A DNA stretch of 64,000 nt from Octopus sinensis (taxonomy: Eukaryota): positions 97,092,001 to 97,156,000 of the forward strand of contig NC_043004.1 of assembly GCF_006345805.1 (NCBI RefSeq), given 5' to 3'. Below are positions 12,357-26,146 of this stretch, piece by piece. The notes under the pieces were generated by a model. That model was not told the DNA's origin and ran no database searches. It worked only from the letters and a program-made list of their open reading frames with translations. A program made the translations under genes and the position numbers. Position 1 is the first letter of the stretch. The number at the start of each line of letters is the position of its first letter.

Positions 12357-12588
12357 TATAATAATAATAATAATGATAATAATAATAATAATAACATCGA
12401 AAAATACCTTAGGAATAAGAACCCAGGTTCGGAATTTCCCCAAGACTCCTGATGAAGGCTGAAGGGTATATCAGCAGAAACGTTGTGCTAACAGCAAACA
12501 AGATGAGGACAAATATCCGTCAAATGTAAATAATATAAATAATGTAAATAATGCACATAATTCCTCATCTCTTAAATACAGAATTGTA
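12241..12588 (+). mobile_element. Inverted, headless second copy of the family B HHR element
   Basis: (AAT)n followed by a body that is the reverse complement of 11951-12105 with scattered substitutions. Confidence 0.8.
12444..12489 (+). ncRNA. Hammerhead ribozyme, family B, partly degenerate
   Basis: GACUC-CUGAUGA-A-GGCUG...CAGCA-GAAACGUU-GUGCU. The core is intact, with mismatches in stems I and II. Confidence 0.65.
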
Positions 12589-12735
12589 TTACCAAATTTC
12601 ACTCACTAATATTTTTGCTGAATCATGGTTATGGTTAAAGACATATGTACAAGATATCATTCAGTAAAACTGAATGCAGAGGTGAATTTCCTAACCTTTT
12701 TGCATTCAGAACACTCTGTTATTTGAGATACATAT

Positions 12736-12975
12736 TTACTCTTTACTCTTTTACTCTATTACTTGCTGGAGCACCACCTTTAGTTGAGCAAATCGACCCC
12801 AGGACTTATTCTTTGTAAGCCTAGTACTTATTGAATCGGTCTCTTTTGCCAAAACACTAAGTTACGGTGATGTAAACACACCAGCATCGATTGTCATGTG
12901 ATGTTGGGGGGGGACAAACACAGACACACAAACACGCACACACACACGCACACACACACACACACACATATATCT

Positions 12976-13006
<31 letters not shown>

Positions 13007-13180
13007 CACATATATCCGATGGGCTTCTTTCAGTTTCCGTCTACCAAATCAACTCCAAAGGCTTTGGTCGGCCCAAGGCTATAGTAGAAGACACTTGCCC
13101 AAGGTGCCACACAGTGGGACTGAACCCAGAGCCATGAGGTTCGTAAGCAAGCTACTTACCACACAGCCACTCCTACACCT
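12736..13180 (-). mobile_element. tRNA-derived SINE family A
   Basis: Head GGAGTGGCTGTGTGGTAAGTAGCTTGCT, a CORE-like CCTTGGGCAAGTGTCTTC segment, an internal CA/TA microsatellite and an (AAAGAGT)n tail. Confidence 0.85.
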
Positions 13181-13558
13181 TATTTACATTGTTTGTAATT
13201 AATCAAAGGAAGTGTGACAGGTAGGATGTCGCTAGTTTGAATATGAAATAGGTAAAATACGTTGGCCAGGTATGGCTGGTTTAAATGTTAAAGGGTTAAT
13301 GAAACAACCATTATTATCACTACTAGTCACACTGTTATTAGTTAAGAAGGAAATTATTACGACCATAGCCATTGTGTTGTGTTGAAAGTCATGTCTCAAC
13401 TCTGCTGCTTGATTGCCAGACTGGTTTTGCTCCTACATCATAGACAAGTTTATGAAGGAAAAGGTATTCAAGTGTAGAAGCAATAGCTATCAAAATATTT
13501 AATTGTAATCGATTTTGCCAAAGTTCTTAATCATTTTTGTAAATCTATCCAATGACAT

Positions 13559-13748
13559 TACTGTATTTTAACATGTATAAGGAACCCTCATATATAAGGA
13601 ACCCCTAATTTTGGGGGCTTAAAATTTAGAAAAAAGGTTTTGTAAGGGATTATATTACTATCGATATATATAAGAAACTCATATTCTTTTAACCTAATTT
13701 TTGACAAAAAAGGGTTCCTCATACATGTATATACATGTATATACAGTA
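13559..13748. mobile_element. Tc1/mariner-pogo type MITE
   Basis: TA-bounded TIRs TACTGTATTTTAACATGTATAAGGAACCC / GGGTTCCTCATACATG...TACAGTA. Confidence 0.65.
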
Positions 13749-14298
13749 TATACATCAAAGACAGGTGGATATATATTGTAGTAAGTTTCCACTTATCTCG
13801 TTTCTAAATCATCTTCAAGAGGCTTAGCATTCTTGGAGTTAATCTCACCATTGCTAATATGATGCTTCCTTGGTAATAGTTAACCTATAAAACTTTGGGT
13901 AAGGCATTCTGAATAATTCCTAATCTGCCTATGGTTCCCTTTGTTGTGCAAGATAAACAATTCAGGCATCATTGTCAGAATACTACTAGAATTGGCCATA
14001 AAACTTAGAATTACGATGTTGAGTAATTTGTACCGTTATACAAGTTATGTAAAGAATTGAATTGATCACTGCAAGCTGTCAAAACTCTAGTGAATTCTTA
14101 ATACTGAATTTCAGACTAAAGTTCATAAAGTTTTCTTTTGTTGAACTACATAAATACATAATGCAGTCACCTCTTCCTTTAATTTCACTGGAACTTAATT
14201 AAGCCAGTCATATACTTGGGCAAATTCAGCCTACTCTGATGTCTCTTATTTTGCATTATGATAAATTACTTATTGAGAGCTTGCTACACTTCCAAAAG

Positions 14299-15575
14299 TA
14301 CTGGGTTGTCTCATAGATAATTCAGTTTTCTTATACTTCTTTTATTTTTCAAAATTAAGAAAGACAAATTTCTTTATTAAACTAAAATATACTCTCCTTC
14401 ATTTTCTACAATGTTCTTCCATCTATCTGGTAGACTTGCAAGACCCCTCATCCAAAATTCACTTGTCTGTGATGAAAACTACTCCTCCAGTACTGTTCTG
14501 TCCTTGTCTACAGAATTAATATTTTTTCCATTCAAATGATTTTTGAAGACTGTAGAATATATGATAACCAGATGAGACAATATCAGGTGAATAAGGTGTG
14601 TGGAGCATCGTTTCCATTCAAATTGCTCCAGCCTTTGGAATGTCACCTTCGCTGTATGTGACCAAGTGTTCTCCTGATGGAAGAACACCTTTCGTCTTGA
14701 AACCAAAGAAGATCGTTTTTCTTCTAGTGCTGACTTAAGCCACTCAAGCTGCTCACAGTAGGTCTCTTTTGTTATTGTTTGGTCTGGGTTTAAAAGTTCA
14801 AGGTGGACTAAACCTTTCATATCCTACCAAACAGTTAACAACACCTTATGTGTGTGAAGATCGTCTTTAGCCTGGGGTGCTGGTGTTTCTCCTTCCCCTA
14901 CCTACTGTCTTTGGTGCTTGATATTTTTAAAGGGAACTCATTTCTTGCCACCAGTCACTATTCGGTCCCAAAATGATTCATTCGTGAGATGTGACAACAA
15001 AGAAGAGCACACTTTCAATCTCTACATGCGATTAGACTCAGAAAGTTTGTGAGGAACATATTGACCCAATTTGCTAACTTTTCTGATGGCACACAGGAGT
15101 TGATTAATGGTTGAATGACCAGATCTAAGCTTCTCTGATAGTTCCTCAACAGTTACGGGATTTTGTTCCACCAGGACATCCTTGTTGAGCTCTACAGATC
15201 TTCCAGGATGAAGCTTGTCTTCTATGTTGTAGTTTCCGGACTGAAATTTCTTGAAGTGTGGTTGACACTGACTTATGCTTATTGTCTGATCCCCATATTC
15301 TGCATTAATATTCCTCACACTTTCTGTTGCATTGTTGCCTTTATTGAATATATAAAGTAAAATATGCTGAATATGCTCCTTTGTCACTTCCATAATAGCT
15401 TTGAAAAGTAACTATTAAAATCAAACTGCACTCTTCAAAACTTGCACTAAGAATAAGTATAGGGTAAAATTACTACCTTCTTTTATAGCAAGTTGATGCA
15501 GGTAGTTTATCCCATCCTCTTCAATTTTTAGTTCACGCAATTGCAAAAACCACATTGTTATGGGAGGACCCAATA
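14299..15575 (-). mobile_element. Full-length but inactivated mariner transposon (about 1.28 kb)
   Basis: TIRs TACTGGGTTGTCTCATAG and GGGAGGACCCAATA. ORF 15022-15393 has the HTH region and YVPHKL (WVPHEL motif). ORF 14479-14820 has catalytic-domain remnants. Frameshifted. Confidence 0.9.
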
Positions 15576-16104
15576 GATATTATCTGTCTTTAGTATTTTT
15601 TGTAGATAAGTAAACCAAGATGGTGACAGTTAAGTGTTGTAAGACTTTCAGCTGTGAACCAGATATCATATCTCTCATCTAGCTGTGACCCTCATTCATT
15701 GTACTGTGGTTGTTAGGATAGTTTACTAGCTGCCCAAAAACCTACATTTTAAATGATGGCATACGAGGTAGAGGAGGGAAAAATCACTTATAGAGCTCAA
15801 GTAATGTTAAACGCTGCTTTGTTGATGGAAGAGATGACAGCAACATTTCTTTGATGGTAACACACCAGCCCTTGCAATTATTTCCCCACTGCATGTCAGG
15901 TTGTACAGTATGGTCTTCATTTAGGCAGAAGCATGGTATATCTAGAACAGATATTGTCAGCCACTTTGCCATGGAAAACTTGTGTGTTACAAAGTTTTGA
16001 TGTGTCTGAAATTCAGGATATTCAGGCAACTGAACTGTCATCTTTTTTTGAGATGTACCACACTTGTTCGTGTGTCTTTCTTTGCTGCAAAGTGTAATGT
16101 GTTC

Positions 16105-16328
16105 ATCCCAGCATTTAAACCGGCCATATCCGGCCAAAAGTATTCTGCCTGTTTTATGTTTAAACTGGCCAGATCTGGTCTCTCACACCAGCCCCACAAT
16201 ATCGTTTTAAAAATTAACAGCTACCTCATGAAAATCTCATAGCACCAAGATAATGCCTGATTAGTTCAAGGCAATGTGGATAAAAAAGGATTAATTTTGG
16301 CAGAATAATGCAAACACTAAAGGGTTAA
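16105..16328. mobile_element. MITE with TTAA-type (piggyBac-like) end
   Basis: Ends in AAAGGGTTAA. The left part matches the reverse complement of about 13215-13298. Confidence 0.45.
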
Positions 16329-17339
16329 GTAGGATGAATATATTTCTTCTTTTTTTTTCCTGTAATAAAACTTTTATAAAATGCAGAGGGTATGCCGCAA
16401 CATCTTCAGCATGTAATTCAGTGGTCTATGCTTACAAAAAAGGTTTTAAATTGCTGGTCTAGAACAATAGATTTGTGGATCATACCTAATTATTGACTGA
16501 CAAGCTACATTGCTTTAAATGTCTTTTGAATAAAATCTGAGCAAGGGTACACAAGATTATCAACAACAACAAAACAACCAGCTGTGAGTTTACATTATCT
16601 AATACAAAGGAACCAAGAAATCTATTGTTTGTGGGACAAGGGTTCACAGTTTCTCTTCGTCTTCCTCTCTACTCACTATTTAAGCCTCATTGTTCTGTGT
16701 GTAACAAACATATAATACTGTAAATATATAATAGCACCAATTCTTTTATTGTCTAATCAAGACTTCCATCTCAAACTGGGCTGGTAAAGAAATTAACAAG
16801 AAAACCAAATATCTCAGTAACAGAACCTATCGAAGTAATTCCATTATTGTTGTTCTTGCAGATGATGTTCGTGGTATTGGTAGAGGAGTAATGCCAATTG
16901 TATTTGTAGGTTTAGAATTACCTTTGTCACAACCAATATTCTGTAATTCTCTGTGGTTTTGCACCCAATTTTTAATTTATTTTGTTTCCTTCGTTTTTCC
17001 TCGTATTGTTTTTTTTGTCTTATGCCTTGGACTTTCTGTAGAATTCTAATCAATGTAAACACTTTCATACCAGTTCTTGCCCTTTCTATTTCTCTCTTCT
17101 TCTCTGTCTTTTTTGTTCCCTTCTCTTTTCTCCACTCCTTTTTCTTCCTCTCTCCCCTCTCTCCGTTACTGTCCTATGACCTCCTGCTCTCTTTCTGTCT
17201 CACTTCCTGTTGTCTTTCTATTGTTCCTCTAACACCATCTTTTCTTTCTCTCTGTCTCACTCCATTTCCCTTCTTAAATCACACCCTCATTCTTCACCTC
17301 CTTTCTTGATCCATTCTTGACAAAATAAACAAAAAGATA

Positions 17340-17415
17340 TGCAAAGCATACACACACACACACGCTGCACACACACACACATACATGTATATATTCATAT
17401 ATATATATTCATATC

Positions 17416-17453
<38 letters not shown>

Positions 17454-17562
17454 TGCTCACACACACATGCACACATATATATGTATAAGTATGTACATAT
17501 ATATATGCATAAGTATGTGTATATATATATATATATACACACACACACATATGTATATATAT

Positions 17563-17614
<52 letters not shown>

Positions 17615-17744
17615 CATATACATATATGCATATATCTATATATCTATATATATATATATATATATATCTATATATATATGTATTTATATATCTGTATGTG
17701 TATGTTTATATATATATGTGTGTGTGTGTATATATATTTATATA

Positions 17745-17793
<49 letters not shown>

Positions 17794-17820
17794 ATATGTG
17801 TATATATATATAACATGTAA
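17340..17820. repeat. Compound (TA)n/(CA)n microsatellite
   Basis: Direct inspection. Confidence 0.95.
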
Positions 17821-18199
17821 AAAGCAATAAAAGACAATTCCCAAAGAAAGTTATCATGAAGATGGATGAAATAAGATGAAGACTAAACAGAAATTGAAAA
17901 TCTGTACACAGGAGTAAGATTTCTTTTGATTGGATCAGACGCCGATTCGGATCCAAATCCATTTTAATCTTCTCCCTCAGTCAGGAACTAAACACAACTA
18001 GGTATCTTCTTTCCGTGTACCACTTAGTCAATTCCTTATATTTCTCTCCCGCCACACCCACACTCTCCCCCACCACACCCACACACCCAATGCAAAATAA
18101 AAGGCAAAAGCAAAAAAAAAAAAAAAAAAAAAAAAAATCAAAATCGAAATAACTATCATCTTCAGTATTTTCTTTCAGAATTGCTTTATTTTTAATTAT

Positions 18200-19030
18200 G
18201 TTCGTTATTTTAAAATTTTATCTATTTTTTTTCATTTCTTTGTTGCTTTTTTTTTCTCGTTTCCCATACATTTTCTTTCTTTTTCACCATTCTCTCCATC
18301 TCTCTGTCTCTCTTTTAGCTATTTTCTTCAAAACGCTCTATCCTTCTTTTTTGCCTGCTTTCTCTCTCTCTCTGTCTTTCTCTCTCTGTTTTCTCCTTTT
18401 ATCTCTTTTTCTCTAACCCCTTCCCTCTCTTTCTGTTTCTCCATTTGTATATCTGATGTTCTATCACTCTTTCTTTCTCTTTTTCATTCCCACTTTTTCA
18501 TTCCCTCTTTCACTCTTTCTCTTTCTCTTTTTCTTACTTTCATTCCCTCTTTCGCTCTTTCTCTTTCTCTTTTTCTTTCATTCATTCATTCATTCTTTCT
18601 TTCTTTCCCTCCTTCTTTCTCTCTGATTCTCTTTATGTATCTTTTATTCCATCTCCTTCTTTCACTCCCCTCTCTTACTCACCTTCTCTCCTTCTCCCTA
18701 TCTCGCTCTCCTCTCACCTTCCCTCTCTTCATCACTCTTTCTATATCTCTTTCTTTGTATATCTGTTCCTCTCTCTCCAGCTCCCTTTCTATCTCTTTCC
18801 TTGTAGACCTGTCCACCTGTGTTTCTCCTCCATTCCTTCATCTTTCCTTTTCTTTCTTTTTCCTGTTTCCATTTATATATCTGCTCCTCTCTCCCTCCCT
18901 TTCTCTATCTCTCTTTCTTTCTATATCTCTCTTGCATATCCATTCTCTCTTGCACTTTTATTTTTCCCATTTTTTTCTCAACGAGTTAATTATTTGTACT
19001 TTCCTTCGTCTATTATTCCAATCACTCTTG
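18200..19030. repeat. Polypyrimidine (CT-rich) tract of about 0.8 kb
   Basis: Strongly C/T-biased + strand. Explains the F/L/S-rich ORFs. Confidence 0.9.
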
Positions 19031-19649
19031 ACAAGGGTCTAGACACACTATTTGAAATACAATACATCATGGGAAGTCAAGCAGCTTAGTTTGAGGTTCC
19101 AGTTCCAACAGAAGTTAAGTCACTCCCCAAAACCTTCCTTCTCTTACTGCAACTCATTTTATTTTCATACCATTTAAACCAGCCACCACAATGTCCACAC
19201 TACTACCACTACAACTATTAACCCCACACTCACTTAACTAAGATCACCGATACTACATCAATATCAACCCCAGTCATCAATTCAAAATTCAAAATAAAAT
19301 ATAACTGAAACCATCAACAGTAACTCTACCATCACCCACTACAATCACTACCACCAATACCATTGTTTAACTTCTTGTTTTAAACTCTCATATAAAATTC
19401 TGCCAACACCAACAACCAGAGCTAAGCAACAATCTATACAGTCATCACCCAGACACAGCACAACATTTGTAACAACCCACGCTATGAACACCAGTACTGC
19501 TAAACTTTGACCAATGGATTTAATATTCCAGCTGGCTCCCAAATGTCCGCTTAGATATATGTTTGGGAATATTTCTATAGGCATGTATCTATGTGTATTC
19601 TTACATACATACAAACTGCATATATAGAAACATATATCTATACATCATG

Positions 19650-19695
<46 letters not shown>

Positions 19696-19703
19696 ATATT
19701 ATA

Positions 19704-19760
<57 letters not shown>

Positions 19761-19775
19761 CATACATATATATAT

Positions 19776-19810
<35 letters not shown>

Positions 19811-20243
19811 GCTAGATAGATAGATATACATATATATTTGGACATATCTATTTACATGCACACACATACACATGCATGTATATATGTATGAATGAATGTA
19901 TGTATGTATGTATACATACATAGTAATACATTTACATGTGAATACATATGTGTGTGCGTGTGTGTGTGTGTAAGCAGTTGTGTGTAAATGTGTCTCCATA
20001 CATACAGATATAATATATCATATCATATGTGAATACATATAAATATATATATATATGCACTTGCATATATACACACAAAAACACATATACTCATATCTGC
20101 ACACAGACACATATTTCAATATAAATGTCTGCTTTGTCAGAAGTTATCTCGATACATCAACTTTGGCAAAATGTAACCAAGTCCTTTGTTAAATAACAAC
20201 AACAACAACATGAACTGCAGCAACAAAAACAGCAACAGCAACG

Positions 20244-20310
<67 letters not shown>

Positions 20311-20654
20311 TAATGATAATAATAATGGTAATAATGGTAATAATAATAGTAATAATAATAACGATAGTTATAACAAAATAAGTAAAGCAATATTCATATT
20401 AACAGCATCCATAATAATCACATGAACAGGACAACAACAATGATATGAAAGGAAGAAGAAGAAGGAGATAATGTAGAAACCAAAAAAAATAACATATAAT
20501 CTAACAAATAAAACTGCACTGCGTGCTCAAACAAAACTATTTCACTGAATAAAAATGTCCAATTAAATTAGTCTGATGAAATCTTACTGTCCACCATCAT
20601 ACTTAAGATTGACATTGACAGGGTAGAAGCAGAGGCTGTGCGTTGGGATCATTT

Positions 20655-20955
20655 GTGCATGTATGTATGTATGTGTGAATGTATGTATGCATGTATGTAT
20701 GTAGTATGTATGTATGTATGTATGTATGTATGTGTGTATGTATGTATGTGTGTATGTATGTATGTATGTATGTGTGTATGTATGTATGTATGTATGTATG
20801 TATGTGTGTATGTATGTATGCATGCATGCGTGCATGTATGTATGTATGTATGTATGTATGTATGTATGTATGTATGTATGCATGCGTGCATATATGGATT
20901 TATGCATGTATGTATGTATATCCTTATACATGTCTCTATGTATGTATGTATATAT
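20655..20955. repeat. (TATG)n microsatellite
   Basis: Direct inspection. Similar arrays at 8560-8720, 21660-21890 and 22845-23300. Confidence 0.95.
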
Positions 20956-20964
20956 GTATCTATT

Positions 20965-21105
20965 AGCAAATGTATGCAAACTATGTGGGTGTCTTTTCAA
21001 TACATTTTCTGGTTTAAAAAGCCACATCCAGACGCCATGGTGGATGTAAGGTGTAGGTGCAGGAGGGGGTCAGACTCTGCGTAAGGAATAGGCAACCACC
21101 ATACA
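20965..21105 (+). mobile_element. Probable RTE-like LINE 3' end with C-terminal C2H2 finger remnant
   Basis: CKLCGCLFNTFSGLKSH. Homologous to 61675-61830 (-). Confidence 0.5.
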
Positions 21106-21109
21106 TGAA

Positions 21110-21657
21110 TGTATATATGTGTCTTCTATTTTTTAATTATTATAAATTTTCCAGTGAAGAGGGAGCCAGTTTCTAACAAAGATACAGGGCTCCATATTTG
21201 GGATGTAGTTAACACAGACAAATTCACATTTGAAACTTGAGAAAAGTTTTGCCTATTTTTACAGTTCCCCTCAAAGATTGGAATTGTAATGTAAGAATCA
21301 GCCAGTCAATTTCTCTTTCTGTAAGTCCCAGGTAATCCAGATTCTCATTTAAGCATTTACTAACAAAACCTAGTACTCCAATTAGTATGAATATGAATTC
21401 ATTGTCTGGATATAGAAGCTGGAGGTTTCGAAGCAGTTGTCCAAAGATATCCTCTTTTTCTTTGATTTTCAAAGAGATATGTATATCTGCAGGGTAGCTG
21501 ACCTCTATGATGGTACATACCTTTGTTCCTCTGTTCCAAAAAACAATGTCTGGCCTGTTATGTTTACATTTGACAGACGTTTTGATGGGAATATTCCACC
21601 AGTATTCTTTGGGATGGTGTTTATGAATGTATTCCATAACAGAGGGATTTTCTAAGT
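21110..21657 (-). mobile_element. REL-endonuclease non-LTR retrotransposon 3' fragment
   Basis: YWWNIPIKTSVKCKHNRPDIVFWNRGTKVCTIIEVSYPAD...KEKEDIF...GTVKIGKTFLKF*. The N-terminal part of ORF 21224-21916 is microsatellite. Confidence 0.85.
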
Positions 21658-21790
21658 TTATGTATGTATGTATGTATGTATGTATGTATGTATGTATGTA
21701 TGTATGTATGTATGTATGTATGCATGTCTGAATGAATATATATGTATAAACACACACACACACATATGTAATATATTTACACACATACAC

Positions 21791-21821
<31 letters not shown>

Positions 21822-21890
21822 TGTATGTATGTATGTATGTATGTACGTATGTATGTATGTATATGTATGTATGTATGTATGTATGTATAT

Positions 21891-22490
21891 ACTGGGTGTG
21901 GTGAATAAATTGTCATCGAAATTATGCAAAAATAAAAATGACGCTGACCAAAATTACAGGAAAATATATTGAGATGCTAAAGAGTATATTTATTCAATAA
22001 AATCGCCATTGGCATCAACCACGGTCTCCAGACGACTTCGGAATCTCCTGCAACTCTTCTGGACAGTCTTCTTGTATAAGTTGGTGAATGTCGCCATAAT
22101 CCTTGTCTTCAGTTCATCGTTGGTGTTACAAGGAGTCTTGTTGAAAGACACTATTGGGTCTTCCAGCAGCAACCCTCTTGACCCAGGGCAGCATTACCTT
22201 CTCCAGGCACTTGATATAGGCCTCCGTGTTAAGAGTGAGGCCGTGTGGGAAGATGAATAGAGGCATAACGTTGCCATCACTAGTGATCCCATGATGTTGA
22301 CTGGATTTTTAATTTTTATCACACTCCATGATGTTGACTGGATTGTTAATTTTTATCACACTCCTCAGACATGTCCTCAGATTGCACTGTCCTCAGATTG
22401 GCACCCAAACACTCTGAAATATTCGTACTGGAGCTTCTAGCGCAAATTCAGATTTATGTTTTTCTCATAGTTGGTGCCCAACTGACCCTA
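21891..22490 (-). mobile_element. Tc1/mariner superfamily (DD37D/maT-like) internally deleted fragment
   Basis: Transposase C-terminus NKTPCNTNDELKTRIMATF...KSCRRFRSRLETVVDANGDFIE* and a TIR-like TACTGGGTGTGGTGAATAAA. Confidence 0.65.
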
Positions 22491-22598
22491 CTATACAGTG
22501 TAGCCGACAGAATCAAAAATAGACAACGTGCATACACGAAAAAAATATAACATGGTGACAATTTACCCATCGCGCGCGCGCGCACACACACACACACA

Positions 22599-22654
<56 letters not shown>

Positions 22655-22717
22655 CACCACGTGTGAATCGTTGGTAATTTTCTTCCTCTGTTTTCCCTTC
22701 TTTTGGACTGTCCTCTG

Positions 22718-22750
22718 TTTCTGAAGGAGAGCTTTGCTCGAAACGTTAAA
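22718..22750 (+). ncRNA. Degenerate minimal hammerhead, family G
   Basis: UUU-CUGAAGG-A-GAGC(UUU)GCUC-GAAACGU-U-AAA. A9 is mutated to G. Confidence 0.5.
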
Positions 22751-23915
22751 TCCTCTTTCTGTCTTTTCCTGAGCGTCTGATAATACAATACTTGCACAAC
22801 GTCCTCACGTTATTTTTCATATTTATTCTTCTTTGTTTGGATTCACTACATACATACAAACATACATACATACATACACACATACATACATACATACATT
22901 ACATACATACATACATACATACATACATTACATACATACACACATACATACATACATACCTGCATACATACATACATACACACATACATACATACATACA
23001 TTACATACATTACATACATACATACATACATACATACCTACCATACATACATACATACATACCTACATACATACATACATACATACATACTTACATACAT
23101 ACTTACACACATACATACATACACACATACATACATACATACATGCATACATACATACATACACACATACTTACATACATACGTACATACATGCATACAT
23201 ACATACATACACACATACTTACATACATACATACATACATACATACCTATATACATACATACATACATACATAAATACATACATGCATGCACACATACGT
23301 ATATATATATTACGTATTCTTTAATTGTTTTACTTGCTTCAGTCATTTGACTGCAAACTTGCTGAGTACAAACTCCAAAAAGTTTTAGTCGAACAAATTG
23401 ACCCGAGGAGTTATATATTTTAAGCCTAGTAATTATTCTATCGTTCACGTTTGCCTAACCACTATGTTACGGTGCCGTAAATAAATCAACACTAGTTGTG
23501 AAGCGGTGATAGACGAAGAACACAGACACAAACACACATATGCTTAGGCATACACGCACACACACACACACACACACCACACACACACTCACATATATAT
23601 GTTCTGTATTGTCTCGTATTTATATGTTAATCTTGGCTTTCCTGCTGATGATAGCTGCGCCTAGCAAATTACTTTATTTGCTGAAGATAGCTTGTAACCA
23701 TGGTACAGGAAATAGATGATAAATGTTTTTATTTTTCATTCTTTTTCGAAATTACCCCTAATTGAGGTTTGGATTTTAACTACACCTTCTAGCGGGTTAG
23801 ATGTCCTATTATGGCCATCTCTTATGTGTTTAAATGTGCACTTTTTTACCCCACCGCAAAAAAATCTCAAATTTTATCTAATTTGATTTTCGCGGGAAGG
23901 AAAATTTCATTGAAG

Positions 23916-24120
23916 TCATGTATCGCTTTGACATTCGAAACGTGGAGTAGATGAAATTAAGGCGACTGAAAAAGGGGAATTTTCCTTGTTTTGTATGTCC
24001 TGTACTCTATTTTTTCGTTGTTTTAAAAAAATGTCCATTTCCTTGGTTTTGTGTTTATGTTTTCGTTTCTCATTGTGTTCGACGTTTTTTTTTTGTGTCC
24101 TGTACCCATATATGCATGTA
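23916..24120. repeat. Dispersed repeat, second copy at about 44078-44290
   Basis: Shared CGAAACGTGGAGTAGATGAAA...GTCCTGTACCCATAT block. Confidence 0.8.
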
Positions 24121-24520
24121 TATATACATGTAGAGGTAGGTACGTACATATATGTATGTATATATGCATATGTTTTATTTATTTATTAATTTATATATAT
24201 ATATATATGCTAGCTGAATTGCCAGGTATTACCCGGAAAATCAGGTGTTATTTTCAGTTCCCATTTGCATTACGCTGTTTCATGTTCTATCCCTTTCCCT
24301 GTCAATTGCCCGTTTTAGTTCTACTCCCGTTCCTATCACCAAACCTATGTCAGTATATAAAGTTTAGAATCAGTTAATTGTAATTAAGCCACAAAAGTAG
24401 CGAGACACAGTTATAGGACGTGAGATATTCACGAACGCACACGGCGCGCGGGCACACACACGCACACACACAGGTGATCACGAGTTTAAAATGGTGTATA
24501 GTAGTCATATTGATGTATGA

Positions 24521-24892
24521 ACTAGCAGTATCGCCCGGCGTTGCTCAGGTTTGTAAGGGAAATAACTATAAAGCATTTTTAGAGAGTTATAGCCAAAAAA
24601 TAGCAAAAAAATGATGGTAAATTTTTTTTTGAGTTAAAAAAGGTTGAGTTGCGTCCCCTAGACAGTCTGTGGTTTGTTTCTGATTCTCGACCCCATGTCG
24701 ATTTTATCGATATTTTTCAGAACTGGGGGAACTTTTCAAAATTTTCGCTGCGTTAGTTTTGAATTATGACATTGGGCTATGTGTGTGTCAAGTTTCATCA
24801 GAATCGGTTGAAAGCCGTGGTCAGGGTGAGGGTACAAGCAAACAGACACACAGAAACACGCACAGACAAACTGCCGTTTATATATAGAGAGA
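24521..24892 (+). mobile_element. Non-autonomous Helitron-like element
   Basis: Starts ACTAGCAGTATCGCCCGGCGTTGCTC, has a subterminal (ACAG)-type microsatellite and ends in TTTATATATAGA. The 5' part is shared with 42511-42905. Confidence 0.55.
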
Positions 24893-25493
24893 TGTATGCA
24901 CGTATGAATGTGTATCTATCTACCTATCTACCAATCTATCTTTCTATGTATGTATGTATGTATCTATCTATCTATATATATATATGTGTGTGTGTGTGGG
25001 AGTGTGTATGTATTTATTGTTTGTGTCTACGTGTGAGTGTTTCTTTGTGATGGACAGCAAAACACCCACCTATTCGCTGTCACCTTAAAGCTACGTATAA
25101 CTCACACCCACCTTTATTTGTGTGTGAGTGTGTTTATGTGTGCCGTATCTATGTATTCACGAAAGTATGTATGCAGCGTCGTATGTATGCAGATATAGTA
25201 TGTATGTAAGATATATTAACGTTAGCATCCCATTACCACCGCTGTTCTCGCCTTCACTGATACAAGTCAACCTCTTTCTCAGACTTATGACTTTGCAGCC
25301 TGATCTTTTTATCACATAATTCGCACAACGCCCCTGGGGGACACATTATAGATTGTTATTGAAATTAAATTGACCTATTATTGCACAGGATGTTAGTGTC
25401 ACATGTATGCTAAGTTTTGTGAATATTGGTTCAGGGGTTTAGGCACTAAGGTGGTAACAGACAGACGAATAGAAAGTCGGAAATTGCCATTTA

Positions 25494-25529
<36 letters not shown>

Positions 25530-25531
25530 TG

Positions 25532-25618
<87 letters not shown>

Positions 25619-26023
25619 TTTAGGGACAATTATAATTCTCCATTTTGGTGAAAAACTGCAAACTACTGTTTATATTAATTGTATGTATACGCATAGCGAG
25701 TCGATAAATCAGCCATTAATTTGAATGACGAAAACATATATTGTAATCAAGAAGCAAGTCAGAAAAGAGCCGAACTTTTGAACTAGTCTTAAGTGTTGAG
25801 GCAACGGAAATAGCCGAAACTGACGACGGTATTAAAAATTTTCGACAGGCACATTTCGGATGATTAAGGTCTCTGTTTGTGTATATGTTTAGATTTATAT
25901 GCGTTGACTAGAGCATTAGAGAATTTTAGTTCTTATTTCTAGCAATGTAGGTGGTTCTAATATCCTAGTCACATTTAGCGACAATTACAAACCTCGTTTA
26001 TTTTAAATTTATGTATATGTATG

Positions 26024-26060
<37 letters not shown>

Positions 26061-26110
26061 TCTAATATCTATTAGGAGAGTCATTTCCACTCATTTCCTT
26101 CTTTATTTTT

Positions 26111-26146
26111 CTAAAATTTTCGTTGCGTCTTGCAACCTTTTCAATA
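26111..26146 (-). ncRNA. Minimal hammerhead-like motif with U3-A8 core variant, family F (second copy)
   Basis: Minus strand UA-UUGAAAA-G-GUUGC(AAGAC)GCAAC-GAA-AAUU-U-UA. Palindromic stem III; stem I truncated by (TA)n. Confidence 0.55.

Noticed and set aside
15784-16137. 117-aa ORF as a host exon
   Set aside because: No recognisable domain, only weak splice signals, and it overlaps a MITE at one end.
23636-23700. CUGAUGA followed by a short UAG/CUA stem
   Set aside because: Followed by GCAAA rather than GAAA, with no stem I partner.
23895-23960. GAAACGTG in the 23916/44078 repeat as an HHR 3' half
   Set aside because: Position 17 is G (non-cleavable) and there is no upstream core.
25790-25830. 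GGC...GCC-GAAAC hairpin resembling an HHR
   Set aside because: The 5' core is unrecognisable, so it is too degenerate to support.
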